DNA from: Thermoproteota archaeon
Lineage (GTDB): Archaea > Korarchaeota > Korarchaeia > Korarchaeales > Korarchaeaceae
DNA: 64,000 nt
Assembly (NCBI GenBank): GCA_015522685.1
Contig: WALU01000032.1
Coordinates: 1 to 64,000, forward strand
Direction of reading: 5' to 3'
The notes under the pieces are model-generated. The model ran no database searches. It saw only the letters and a list, made by a program, of their open reading frames with translations, and had not been told where the DNA came from. Below are positions 10,013-19,420 of this stretch, in pieces (position 1 is the first letter of the stretch; each line of letters opens with the position of its first letter). The position numbers were made by a program, and so were the translations under genes.

Positions 10013-11034
10013 CTACTTAGCTCACCTAGTACTCTCCCTATCACTATTCTCGGGTCTTCTAACTCATTTATCTTCTTCGATGTATCTATAAAGAAAGCAT
10101 CTGGATCTCTCAGGATGCGACCCACAAGTTCCTTAGCTTCCTCTAAGCTATGGGCTCTCCATATAGGGAATCCTCTCTCCTCCAAATAATCATTGACGTA
10201 CAACTTAATGTTCAAGGGAAAAGTTGAAATGGATGGTGTCCCAAGAAGGGCAGCCTCTCTAGCCATGGTTCCTCCTCCAGTTATGACAAGTGAAAGTTTA
10301 CTGAACAATTGTAGAGTATCTACAGTATCCTTTATCAGCACGATTTTTCCTTTATACCTCCCTCTTAGTGCTTGATATTGGTAAGGATACCTAGGCTTCA
10401 CCAAGACCTTCGCACCCATACCGATGATCTCATCTATAAGTGCAGCAGAGATCGAGCTCTCCTTTCCTAGTAAGTAGGATGCCCTGTTCTCTTCTAGTCG
10501 TATAAATACCGTATATCCTCTCTCATAGTGATTCTTATTTCTAAGGAAATCTTTAACCCAAGCAACCTCATCCACTCCCTTATATGGAACCAACGCACTT
10601 TGAGAGGTGCCTAATCTTATCATATCCAATTTAGGAATGGCTTCAGGGTATACAACTCTCCAGGAGAGGGGAAGAGCCAATCTACCCACATGATAAGAAT
10701 GAGGACTATCATTCATGGTAAGGGCCTTAATAGAAAGGCCAAAGGCCACTCTAACTGCTTCTGGAGAAGAGAATGATATAAGAACATCTGGCTTGAAATC
10801 CAACGCTATATTCAAGAGGAGCTTGACCCTCTCAGAGTAGGCTAAGAGCTTGTCCTTGAGGCCTTCAGTTGCGTATCTTCCTATTCCTAGGAACCTAACA
10901 TTTAACTTTTTTAGTAAGTCGGTGGATTCATTTAATCTCTTGCTTGTAATCAAGTATTCATGTCCCAGCCACTTCGCTATGGAAGTCATTAATCTAGCTT
11001 GCTTAGGAGTGATTATATCAAACCATACTCTCAT
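10009..11034 (-). CDS. DUF354 family (GT-B-like) protein
   Basis: MRVWFDIITPKQ, SFSSPEAVRVAFGL and GGGTMAREAALLGTP motifs. Confidence 0.88.
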   Translation of the reverse strand: MRVWFDIITPKQARLMTSIAKWLGHEYLITSKRLNESTDLLKKLNVRFLGIGRYATEGLKDKLLAYSERVKLLLNIALDFKPDVLISFSSPEAVRVAFGLSIKALTMNDSPHSYHVGRLALPLSWRVVYPEAIPKLDMIRLGTSQSALVPYKGVDEVAWVKDFLRNKNHYERGYTVFIRLEENRASYLLGKESSISAALIDEIIGMGAKVLVKPRYPYQYQALRGRYKGKIVLIKDTVDTLQLFSKLSLVITGGGTMAREAALLGTPSISTFPLNIKLYVNDYLEERGFPIWRAHSLEEAKELVGRILRDPDAFFIDTSKKINELEDPRIVIGRVLGELSR

Positions 11035-11409
11035 CTAATTGCCTTCCTTATAGGAACGTTCCTTTAAGGATATGAGCATATCTTCTATGAGCCTCAGCCC
11101 TTTATCTAGCAATCTTCTCCCAGAGTCTGTGATCTCGTAGTAGTTTCTCATCTTGCCAGTCCCCTTTCCTCTCCTTTTTGACATCCTCACATAACCTGTA
11201 GATCTAAGAGATCTCATTACTATATAGGCAGTCACTCTAGCCGGTCTCCAGCCAAACTTCTTCTCAATTAAGTCAGATATCTCATATGGATAGGCAGGTC
11301 TTTCTCTTAAGATCGATAAGACATAAAGCCATAGATCCTCTTTAGTTAACTTGTCTCTAAGCCTGCGGAGAGGAGCAGGAAATCTACCCGACATACTCTG
11401 TGGATTCAT
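11035..11409 (-). CDS. PadR family transcriptional regulator
   Basis: LWLYVLSIL..P.YPYEI and RNYYEITDSG winged-helix motifs. Confidence 0.88.
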   Translation of the reverse strand: MNPQSMSGRFPAPLRRLRDKLTKEDLWLYVLSILRERPAYPYEISDLIEKKFGWRPARVTAYIVMRSLRSTGYVRMSKRRGKGTGKMRNYYEITDSGRRLLDKGLRLIEDMLISLKERSYKEGN

Positions 11410-12151
11410 CTCTTCCACCTTGGGCGCCTAGCTTCTCTCTAATTCTTTTTTCAATTTCCTTCATTAGCTCACTTTTCACTCTTTCTATCTCCTCTGTCTC
11501 TTTGTCTATAATCTCGTAATCGAGTCCTATTGAGAATGCCTTATCAAGCACTTCAAGCACACGTTTAGCTGCCCTAGGATCTGGAGAGTAGTCAGGAGCT
11601 ACTCCGCTTAGTACTACACTGTTTACTCCTTTTATCTTAGCTAATCCTAAGACAGATCCAGCTAATCCTATCACTGACTTTATGGGACTCTCTTTAGTAG
11701 CTCCTACCTTTGTAAGTCTATCTAAGAGACTATTATCGTTTCCAAAGGCAAGCACTTTACCTGCAGAATTCTCGTCCACAAATCCAGTAATTACCACGAC
11801 ACGTTTCACTCTCATACTCAAAAGTACCTTTAAGATCTCATTAGATACCTCCATCCCACCCCAAGGGACTGGCTGTACATCGCTGGTTACCAGAGCTATC
11901 GACGGATTGCTCATATGGAATACCGATATTGAGGGGAGAATGAACCTTCCCCCCTCTAATATGGAGATTCCTACCATATTATTGGGAAACATAAGGTACT
12001 CTGAGTATATCTTAGTAATAGGAGTTGGGTCCTTTTCCTTTACAAGGTACGTTATAACTTGCTCTCCGACGTTTGCCATTCCTGGAAATCCAAGTATAGC
12101 AACATCAGCTGATGATAGTTTCGATATTTTCCTGACCTTCATCCAACCCAT
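11384..12151 (-). CDS. PAC2 family protein (second paralog)
   Basis: GFPGMANVG, GLAGSVLG and PDPRAA motifs; C-terminal EYVG. Confidence 0.83.
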   Translation of the reverse strand: MGWMKVRKISKLSSADVAILGFPGMANVGEQVITYLVKEKDPTPITKIYSEYLMFPNNMVGISILEGGRFILPSISVFHMSNPSIALVTSDVQPVPWGGMEVSNEILKVLLSMRVKRVVVITGFVDENSAGKVLAFGNDNSLLDRLTKVGATKESPIKSVIGLAGSVLGLAKIKGVNSVVLSGVAPDYSPDPRAAKRVLEVLDKAFSIGLDYEIIDKETEEIERVKSELMKEIEKRIREKLGAQGGRDESTEYVG

Positions 12152-12215
12152 TTCCCTTCCCTTACCTTAAAGTAAATGGGAGAGCGTATTAAATAAACTG
12201 CAGTCTAGGATTGAT

Positions 12216-13514
12216 ATGAGAAAGGTAATATTCATAATATTAGATGGTCTCGGAGATAGGCCAAACCCTGCCCTTAAGTGGCTTACTCCCCTTCAAAGTG
12301 CAGAAATACCTAATATGGACCTGATGGCTGCGAGAGGAATACTCGGAATGCAATATCCAATCGCTCCCGGGATTCCTCCTGGTAGTGATACAGGTCACCT
12401 CTCTCTTTTTGGATATAACATAACATCAGAATATCCTGGGAGGGGCATATTTGAAGCAATGGGAGAAGGAGTATCTCTTGAGGAAGGAATTGCACTCCGA
12501 GCTAACTTTGCTACGGTGGAAGAAAGAAATGGTAAACTCATCGTTGTAGACAGAAGGGCTGGTAGGATATCAGGTGAAGATGCTGAGGAGTTAGCTCAGG
12601 AAATATCTGAGATGGAGCTCTTAGGAGGTGATGTAAGAGCGAAATTTAGACATACTTTAGAACATAGGGGGTTTCTCCTACTTGAAGGATCTCAGCTCTC
12701 AAGCAAGATAACAGATGTCGATCCGCATGAGGTCGGTTACCCAGTGCTTGAGCCGATGCCAATGAGTAATAATGCTAAGAAAACAACAAAGGCTTTAAAT
12801 GAGTTCTTAAGTAGAGCATATTTGTCTTTAAAGGACCATGAAGTGAACAGAAAAAGAATATTAGAGGGTAAGCTTCCAGCTAACTTCATACTCCCAAGAG
12901 GAGCAGCTAGCCCATCTAAACTTGAGTCATTCTCATCTAGATGGGGATTTAACCCGGCTGCTGTGGCTGCTGGCCCTATGTACAAAGGAATTGCTAGGGC
13001 TTTAGGCTTTAAAGTATTCCAACCAGAGGGAGCTACTGGTTTGCCAGATTCGGATTTCTCATCCAAGATTAGAAAAGCATTAGATCTTCTTAATGAATAC
13101 GATTTTATATATGTACATGTTAAAGGTACCGATGTAGCTTCTCATAAGAGAGACCCGCTATTAAAGGTTAAAGTGCTTGAGAGGGTAGATATTGCATTAG
13201 AATCATTAACAGATCCACCAGAGGATCTATTAGTAGTTATAACAGGAGATCATGCAACTCCCTGCATACTTGGGAAGCATTCTGGAGATCCCGTACCGAT
13301 AATGTTCTTTGGAAAGGGTCTCCCAAGAGATGATTCTACCAACTTCCAAGAGCTAGATTCATATACAGGAGGACTAGGATGGTTTACCGGAAAAGATTTA
13401 ATGAATCTAATCCTAAATTACTCCGATAGGGCTTTAGAATACGGATTAAGGCTAATCCCTAGAGAAACTCGATATATACCTAAAGTAGAGCATCTAATAC
13501 CATTTAATCTTTGA
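12216..13514 (+). CDS. apgM: 2,3-bisphosphoglycerate-independent phosphoglycerate mutase
   Basis: ILDGLGDRP, PGSDTGHLSLFG, HVKGTD and TGDHATP motifs. Confidence 0.93.
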   Translation: MRKVIFIILDGLGDRPNPALKWLTPLQSAEIPNMDLMAARGILGMQYPIAPGIPPGSDTGHLSLFGYNITSEYPGRGIFEAMGEGVSLEEGIALRANFATVEERNGKLIVVDRRAGRISGEDAEELAQEISEMELLGGDVRAKFRHTLEHRGFLLLEGSQLSSKITDVDPHEVGYPVLEPMPMSNNAKKTTKALNEFLSRAYLSLKDHEVNRKRILEGKLPANFILPRGAASPSKLESFSSRWGFNPAAVAAGPMYKGIARALGFKVFQPEGATGLPDSDFSSKIRKALDLLNEYDFIYVHVKGTDVASHKRDPLLKVKVLERVDIALESLTDPPEDLLVVITGDHATPCILGKHSGDPVPIMFFGKGLPRDDSTNFQELDSYTGGLGWFTGKDLMNLILNYSDRALEYGLRLIPRETRYIPKVEHLIPFNL

Positions 13515-14486
13515 CCAACCTTTTTTCCTCACAGAATTTAAGTTAAGGGGTTTCAATAGATCTCTCCCTAGGATTTCGGATAGTTCAGCTTTGAATTGGC
13601 AAGCCTTACAGATCTCAGTAGTAGTTGGTTCTCCGCATATCTTACATCTCCTCAGCTTCACATTGGGTTTTATTCCACTGGATATAAAATTAAAAATCTT
13701 TAAAGCCATAATTTTCGCTCCCGCTTCCATATCTTCTAACCTGTCTATTTCTCTCCTCACTCCAATCCTCATTCCTTGAGTAAGGGGACACTTACCTAAA
13801 TGAGCCGTAATCCCCTCAGCAACCACTAGCGCGGCTATTTCCCTCTCATAAACATATTTTAATGGCCTGACTCTAGGTATGAGACCTTCTTCGGTATTTC
13901 TCTTATGTCTGAGCGTTTTAACTAAGGCATTTATATCTCCTCTTGCTAGATTCATCAAAGCTGTTTGGACCATATCATCTAAGTTATGGCCAGTAATTAC
14001 AACGGTAGCACCCATCTCCCTAGCCACGGCATTCAATGCTTGCCTCCTGAGAACACCGCAATATGTACAGACGCTCCTCTTAGAGTCTTTAGGCAATTTA
14101 CCTTCTAACTCCCCTATAGATAACCCATGTATCTCCTCTATTGTGAAGGTCAGATGCTTGACTCCTAACTCATTGGACAATCTCTCAGCAAGCTCTATTG
14201 AAGCCTTCCTGTAAAATGTACCTTCATCTATAATGACTGAAACTATATCAAGATCCATTTCCGGATGGGCATCTGAAAACTCTTTAGTTAGAACAAGGGC
14301 AAGAGAGCTATCCTTCCCGCCAGAGTGGGCTACGACTATCCTATCTCCCTTAATTAGCTCTTTCTCTAAAATTTCCCATGCTCTCTTCCTCACAGAGGAC
14401 ATTAAGCAGTTACTACACAGTGAAACTCCTTTAGCAGTATCAGTGTAAATTGCCTCATTGATTCCGCATAAGTCGCATATTCTCAT
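13494..14486 (-). CDS. tRNA 2-thiolation protein, TtuA/Ncs6/CTU1 family
   Basis: N- and C-terminal zinc fingers, PP-loop SGGKDS, CTYCGVLRR and TGHNLDD. Confidence 0.88.
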   Translation of the reverse strand: MRICDLCGINEAIYTDTAKGVSLCSNCLMSSVRKRAWEILEKELIKGDRIVVAHSGGKDSSLALVLTKEFSDAHPEMDLDIVSVIIDEGTFYRKASIELAERLSNELGVKHLTFTIEEIHGLSIGELEGKLPKDSKRSVCTYCGVLRRQALNAVAREMGATVVITGHNLDDMVQTALMNLARGDINALVKTLRHKRNTEEGLIPRVRPLKYVYEREIAALVVAEGITAHLGKCPLTQGMRIGVRREIDRLEDMEAGAKIMALKIFNFISSGIKPNVKLRRCKICGEPTTTEICKACQFKAELSEILGRDLLKPLNLNSVRKKGWSKIKWY

Positions 14487-14700
14487 GAGCCTTCACCGGG
14501 CTTTTATGATAAGTTATCCTGAGCCAAGTAATCACATCACCATTCTCTAGATAACAATCATTTGCCTTAGGCTTACCATTTACGAGTAGTAAGGTGCTCC
14601 ATCTGCTCAAACCTAACTTCTGGTAGAGATCACTGACCATAGTATTCCAAGGTAGATCCTTCTCTTTACCAGCCAAGAAGACTTTAATTGTATCCTTCAT
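14455..14700 (-). CDS. MoaD/ThiS-like ubiquitin-fold protein without C-terminal GG
   Basis: VSDLYQKLGL...LLVNGK...LENGDVI beta-grasp pattern; overlaps the ttuA-like gene by 32 nt. Start is 14700 or 14709. Confidence 0.65.
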   Translation of the reverse strand: MKDTIKVFLAGKEKDLPWNTMVSDLYQKLGLSRWSTLLLVNGKPKANDCYLENGDVITWLRITYHKSPVKAHENMRLMRNQ

Positions 14701-14718
14701 ATCTCTCATGTGTTCATT

Positions 14719-15414
14719 ATGTACCTCTCTAAAAAAGCAATACTCTCGGGAGTCTCCTTAGAAGGAGATATTACAATCTTAGGGCCAACTTTTATCGGTA
14801 GAGGATCCACTTTAGGAATCTATTCTATAGTTGGATATCCTTCTTTTAGTAAAATAAATGATATTGAAGAAAAGAACTATCAAGCATACGATGAAATAAG
14901 TGAGGGGAGTAGAATAGGAGAGAAAGCCTTCATCAGAAGCCACTCCGTAATTTATGAGAGGGTAAGGATAGGAAACAGAGTACAAACAGGGCATGCCGTC
15001 CTAATAAGAGAAGATACTGAGATAGGAGATAATACAGTGGTAGGGACCCATTCTATCGTGGATGGACATGTTAAGATAGGAGAGAATACTAGCATTCAGA
15101 GCGGATCTTATATACCTCCAGAAAGCGTCATAGGTAATAGGGTATTCTTAGCACCCTTCGTAGTAATAACGAATGATAAATATCCAGCCAGCAAAAGACT
15201 CTTGGGCGTAATTATAGGGGATAATGCTGTTATAGGAGCTAATTCTGTGCTTATATCTGGTGTTAAGATAGGAGAGAATACTGTTATTGCTTCAGGCGCT
15301 GTGGTAACTAAGGATATCCCTCCGGGGAAGGTTGTTCTCGGAGTTCCTGCACATGTAGTTATGGATAGAGACGAATATGAAGAAAAGAAAAGGATTTACG
15401 AGAGTGGGGCCTAA
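14719..15414 (+). CDS. hexapeptide-repeat N-acetyltransferase (WbpD-like)
   Basis: Left-handed beta-helix repeats, ITNDKYP, IGANS and VVTKDIP..VVLGVPA. The ORF track starts at GTG 14710. Confidence 0.85.
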   Translation: MYLSKKAILSGVSLEGDITILGPTFIGRGSTLGIYSIVGYPSFSKINDIEEKNYQAYDEISEGSRIGEKAFIRSHSVIYERVRIGNRVQTGHAVLIREDTEIGDNTVVGTHSIVDGHVKIGENTSIQSGSYIPPESVIGNRVFLAPFVVITNDKYPASKRLLGVIIGDNAVIGANSVLISGVKIGENTVIASGAVVTKDIPPGKVVLGVPAHVVMDRDEYEEKKRIYESGA

Positions 15415-16439
15415 ACATCCTCAATTCCCCCTTCCGTTATTACTATTTCAACTGTCCCCTCTGGAAGATATGGGCTCTTAACGAGTTTAACTACTCTCCT
15501 GTCCTTTTTACCTCTCTTTATATATAGCCTAGCAGTCACTCCATGCCCAAGAATATGTCCTCCTGCAGGCCTGTTTGGATCGCCGAAGAATGCGGTAGGA
15601 TCTGCTACAACTTGGTTTGTAACTATAACAGCTAAGTTATAACCTAGAGCTAGCTTGAGGAGCTTATGAAGATACTTATTGAGCTTTTGCTGCCTTTCAG
15701 CTAGAGTCTCTCTTCCTACATATTCTCCTCTGAAGTGACTTATGAGCGAATCAACTATTATCAGCCCTATGTTCTTCTCCTTAATGTAAGGCTCTGCTCT
15801 CTCGGTTATTATCATCTGGTGATCACTAGTAAAGGCTCTTGCATATAATATGCTCTTCAAGGTCTTCTCAGGATCTAATCCAAACCTCTCAGATATTTGA
15901 ATTATTCTTTCAGGTCTGAAGGTCCCTTCAGTATCTATGAAAAGAGCCGCCCTACCTAAGCCACCCTTCTCCTCCGGTAATTGTACAGTAACCGACATTT
16001 GGTGGGCAAACTGGGTTTTTCCTGAGCCATAAGGTCCATATATCTCGGTAATGGATTGGGTCTCTACACCACCTCCAAGCAATTCATCCATTCCTTTAGA
16101 GCTGGTAGTAATTCTCTGGACTATCTTTCTCTGTTGGTAGTAATCATAAGCCGACATAACGTCTATGTTAAGCTTGCTTCTAGCTGCCTGTATTATCTTC
16201 TGGGATATGCTCTCTCCAATGCCGGCATATACAGCTAATTCTGATGGTGTAGACATAGCTATTGATTCTAGCGTAGTAAAACCAGCCTCTAACAACCTCT
16301 TGGCAGTAGCAGGACCGACTCCCTCTAGCTCCGTTAGATCTATTTCCTCGGGAGGCCCCATCTCACCATAGTAGTTTTCGTTGGCTTCCTCTTTATTCTT
16401 ATCTTCAGAACCTTCCTTAGTAATCTTCTTCTTTGGAAT
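15411..16439 (-). CDS. radA: DNA repair and recombination protein RadA
   Basis: HhH LEGVGPATA, Walker A GPYGSGKT, IDTEGTFRPERI and IVDSL. First ATG is at 16361; the frame is open 26 codons further to an ATT at 16439. Confidence 0.95.
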   Translation of the reverse strand: MPKKKITKEGSEDKNKEEANENYYGEMGPPEEIDLTELEGVGPATAKRLLEAGFTTLESIAMSTPSELAVYAGIGESISQKIIQAARSKLNIDVMSAYDYYQQRKIVQRITTSSKGMDELLGGGVETQSITEIYGPYGSGKTQFAHQMSVTVQLPEEKGGLGRAALFIDTEGTFRPERIIQISERFGLDPEKTLKSILYARAFTSDHQMIITERAEPYIKEKNIGLIIVDSLISHFRGEYVGRETLAERQQKLNKYLHKLLKLALGYNLAVIVTNQVVADPTAFFGDPNRPAGGHILGHGVTARLYIKRGKKDRRVVKLVKSPYLPEGTVEIVITEGGIEDV

Positions 16440-16618
16440 TTAGATCACTTCCCTTATGATCGGGAAGCTAAGGTATATAATTCATCACATATATACAATA
16501 ATCCTTCTATATCGCTCTTCTTGAATATTACGTCTCTGCATAATCCTATCCTTGCAATTAATCTTCTCCTCCCTATAATATCCCAGCAGGTGCTTCTCTA
16601 TAGAATCTATACTTATAC

Positions 16619-16936
16619 CTACCTACATTTCCATATGTAATATCCAAGAGTAAGGGAGAAAATGAAAGTGAGGATACCTTCTGAAGGTAATTGAGTCGAA
16701 ATTATAATACCTATTGCTGCCAAAGTAATATAAAATATAGAAAGTACACTTATTGCATAAAAATTCCCTTTTAATATCCCTATAACTAAAGTCAGTATCG
16801 CTACTGATGATAACAAGCTAGCAAAGGAGTAAATGGGCTCCCTTGTCCAAAGGGTAAGAAAAGCATATCCAAGCAATATGGACAAAGCTAATGTTATTAA
16901 AGAAGATGCCACAATACTAGGTCTCAAAGAGGGCAA
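16619..16936 (-). CDS. small hypothetical membrane protein
   Basis: 105 aa with about 4 hydrophobic segments; directly downstream of prs. Confidence 0.55.
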   Translation of the reverse strand: MPSLRPSIVASSLITLALSILLGYAFLTLWTREPIYSFASLLSSVAILTLVIGILKGNFYAISVLSIFYITLAAIGIIISTQLPSEGILTFIFSLTLGYYIWKCR

Positions 16937-16942
16937 TTAGGG

Positions 16943-17833
16943 TCACCTCAAAGCTTCTGCTATTGTAGGTACAACGGAAGCTTTAGATCCTACCCATTCG
17001 ATTGTATCACTAGCTATGATGGCATCTGCTCCTGCCCCAATGATCTTATCTATAGATCCAGGGGCTAGGACTGGATGTACAAAAGTGGATACTACGAACC
17101 TAGCGCCCATCTTCTTGGCAGCCTTAACAGCATTTGCCATGGTTCCTCCGGTGGAAACCATGTCATCCACCACTACCACATCTCTTCCACTCAGATCTAT
17201 CTTCTTAACAGTCGTCTTTATCTCTCCAGTCTGAACATCTCTCTCCTTAGTAAATGCGTCATATTCCTCAACTTCATAGGACTCTGCCAACTCTCTAGCC
17301 CAATTTATGCTTTCAGTATCCGGTCCTAGGATAAAGGGATCCTTCAAGTCTAAAAGCCTCAATCTATCAGCTAAAGATTTAAATCCACTCAAATTTATGA
17401 CATAAGCTTTATTAAATAAGTTAGAGAAACTGTCTATTCTGTGCAAATGAACTGTAACACTTATCACCCGGCTAATACCTGAAGCTTCCAGTAGCTCTGC
17501 AACATACTTGGAGCTGAGAGGTTCCCCTAATCTAAATATAGCATCTTGCCTTGCATAGGGGAAATAAGGTATTATTAGTGTTATATCCCCAGCATTCATG
17601 TGCTCCTTTAAATTCCTAATAGTAAACAGCATCTCTAAAAGATATTCATTAGGCTTACATTTTCCAGCCTTCATTCTGAGGGAGAGTACTATATCACTTC
17701 CTCTAACTTCATTCATGACTCTAGGGCAAACTTCACCATCGGGAAATACCCTCCTCTCCATTAGAACGAGGCCAGCTCCAATTTTCTCTGAGAGCATTCT
17801 ATTGAAACTATCATCAGGGCCTATTAATAGCAT
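16943..17833 (-). CDS. prs: ribose-phosphate pyrophosphokinase
   Basis: FPDGE, PYFPYARQD and VVDDMVSTGGT motifs. Confidence 0.93.
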   Translation of the reverse strand: MLLIGPDDSFNRMLSEKIGAGLVLMERRVFPDGEVCPRVMNEVRGSDIVLSLRMKAGKCKPNEYLLEMLFTIRNLKEHMNAGDITLIIPYFPYARQDAIFRLGEPLSSKYVAELLEASGISRVISVTVHLHRIDSFSNLFNKAYVINLSGFKSLADRLRLLDLKDPFILGPDTESINWARELAESYEVEEYDAFTKERDVQTGEIKTTVKKIDLSGRDVVVVDDMVSTGGTMANAVKAAKKMGARFVVSTFVHPVLAPGSIDKIIGAGADAIIASDTIEWVGSKASVVPTIAEALR

Positions 17834-17881
17834 ACGTTAATATCTAGCCATGAGATTAAAAAGGTAGCCAGATGCTTTCTG

Positions 17882-18472
17882 TTGATGTTAATCGTCTTTG
17901 AAGGGATAGACGGTTCAGGTAAGACGACTTATAGCAAGAAGCTCTATCTCAAGTTGAGAGAACTAGGATATAGTTCTGAATGGACTGCAGAACCAACTGA
18001 TGGTCCTATAGGAAATATTATCAGAAAGGCCCTAGGGGGAGAATTAGAACTTGATGCTAGGATATTAGCCCTACTTTTTGCAGCGGATAGGATCCATCAT
18101 AATGAAAGGATGAGCTCTCTACTTAAGAAGGGAAAAATAATCATCTCAGATAGATACATTATCTCTTCTCTCGCCTATCAGGGCTCAGAACTTCCTATAG
18201 ATTGGATTTATTCTCTGAATAGGTGGGCAAGAATGCCAGATCTTGTTATATACCTCGACTTAGAGCCAGAAGATGCCATAAAAAGATTGAAAGATAAGGA
18301 GAAGTACCATCTCCTTGATAAACTTAGAAAGATAAGAAAGATCTACTTAAAACTAATAAATGCAGATCCTTGGAAGGACAAAACCTACATAGTAAATACC
18401 AGTAGACATGAAGAGGAAGTCTTTAGAAAAATCCTTGATATTACTTTATCTATATTAAAGGGGAGAAAATGA
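17882..18472 (+). CDS. tmk: thymidylate kinase
   Basis: FEGIDGSGKTT, LFAADR and SDRYIISSLAYQG motifs. Confidence 0.93.
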   Translation: MMLIVFEGIDGSGKTTYSKKLYLKLRELGYSSEWTAEPTDGPIGNIIRKALGGELELDARILALLFAADRIHHNERMSSLLKKGKIIISDRYIISSLAYQGSELPIDWIYSLNRWARMPDLVIYLDLEPEDAIKRLKDKEKYHLLDKLRKIRKIYLKLINADPWKDKTYIVNTSRHEEEVFRKILDITLSILKGRK

Positions 18473-19404
18473 AATTCTTAGCTATAGGAAATGCTAATAT
18501 AGATATAACGGTTTTTGTAGATAAGATACCGGATCAAGATGAGGCATCAGAGGCACTAGCAGCTATTATTAGAGCTGGAGGATCTGCATCTAATTTTGCA
18601 ATGGCATCAGCAAGACTAGGTATTGATACCTCAATAATATCTTCTATTGGAGATGATCCCCTAGGAAGGATCTATTTGGGCACCCTAGAGAGAGAAGGAG
18701 TCGACATTAATCAAGTTAAGATAGTAGAAGGAAGAAGATCTGGATTAGTCGTTATATTAAATGTTTTGGGTGAGAGCAGGAGAATGATAGAGAATCTTGG
18801 CGCTAATGAAGAACTACTTCCTGAGGATGTAATGAGAAGGAAGGATTTACTCGAGGCTGCAGATGTAGTACATATAGCTAGCGTAAAGATACCTATTGCT
18901 GAGGCTGTAATAAAGGCGAAATCAGAAGAAGTATCTTGGGATCCCGGATCTAGAATACTAACGAATAATAAGGAAGATGTCTTAAGGCTTCTGAATGGAG
19001 TTAATAGAATATTCCTAAATTTAAAAGAAGCTGAGATTCTATCTGGTAAGGGAGATCTGGAGAAAGCAGCTCAAAAAATAGCCCAAAAAGGGCCGAAAGA
19101 AGTTTTCATCAAGATGGGGGCTAAAGGATCGTTGGCTTGGATAGATGGCAGCATATGCTTCGTTAAGGCTATACCAGTTAATGTGGTTGATACTACTGGC
19201 GCGGGGGACGTCTTTGCAGCAGCTTATCTGGCCGCTAGAGCAAAAGGATTTTCTCCGGGAAAATCTATAAGACTAGCGAATGCTGCAGCAGCCTTAGCTA
19301 TATCAAGACCAGGTACGTCCTACGGGCTCCCTGTATGGGATGAGATCGTAGCAATGGAATTCATTTCGTATGGTAAGGACACTAACTGTCAAAACCTTAA
19401 CTAA
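18469..19404 (+). CDS. PfkB family carbohydrate/nucleoside kinase
   Basis: GGSASNFA and VDTTGAGDVF motifs. Confidence 0.9.
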   Translation: MKFLAIGNANIDITVFVDKIPDQDEASEALAAIIRAGGSASNFAMASARLGIDTSIISSIGDDPLGRIYLGTLEREGVDINQVKIVEGRRSGLVVILNVLGESRRMIENLGANEELLPEDVMRRKDLLEAADVVHIASVKIPIAEAVIKAKSEEVSWDPGSRILTNNKEDVLRLLNGVNRIFLNLKEAEILSGKGDLEKAAQKIAQKGPKEVFIKMGAKGSLAWIDGSICFVKAIPVNVVDTTGAGDVFAAAYLAARAKGFSPGKSIRLANAAAALAISRPGTSYGLPVWDEIVAMEFISYGKDTNCQNLN

Positions 19405-19420
19405 CACTTTTAATATCTAA

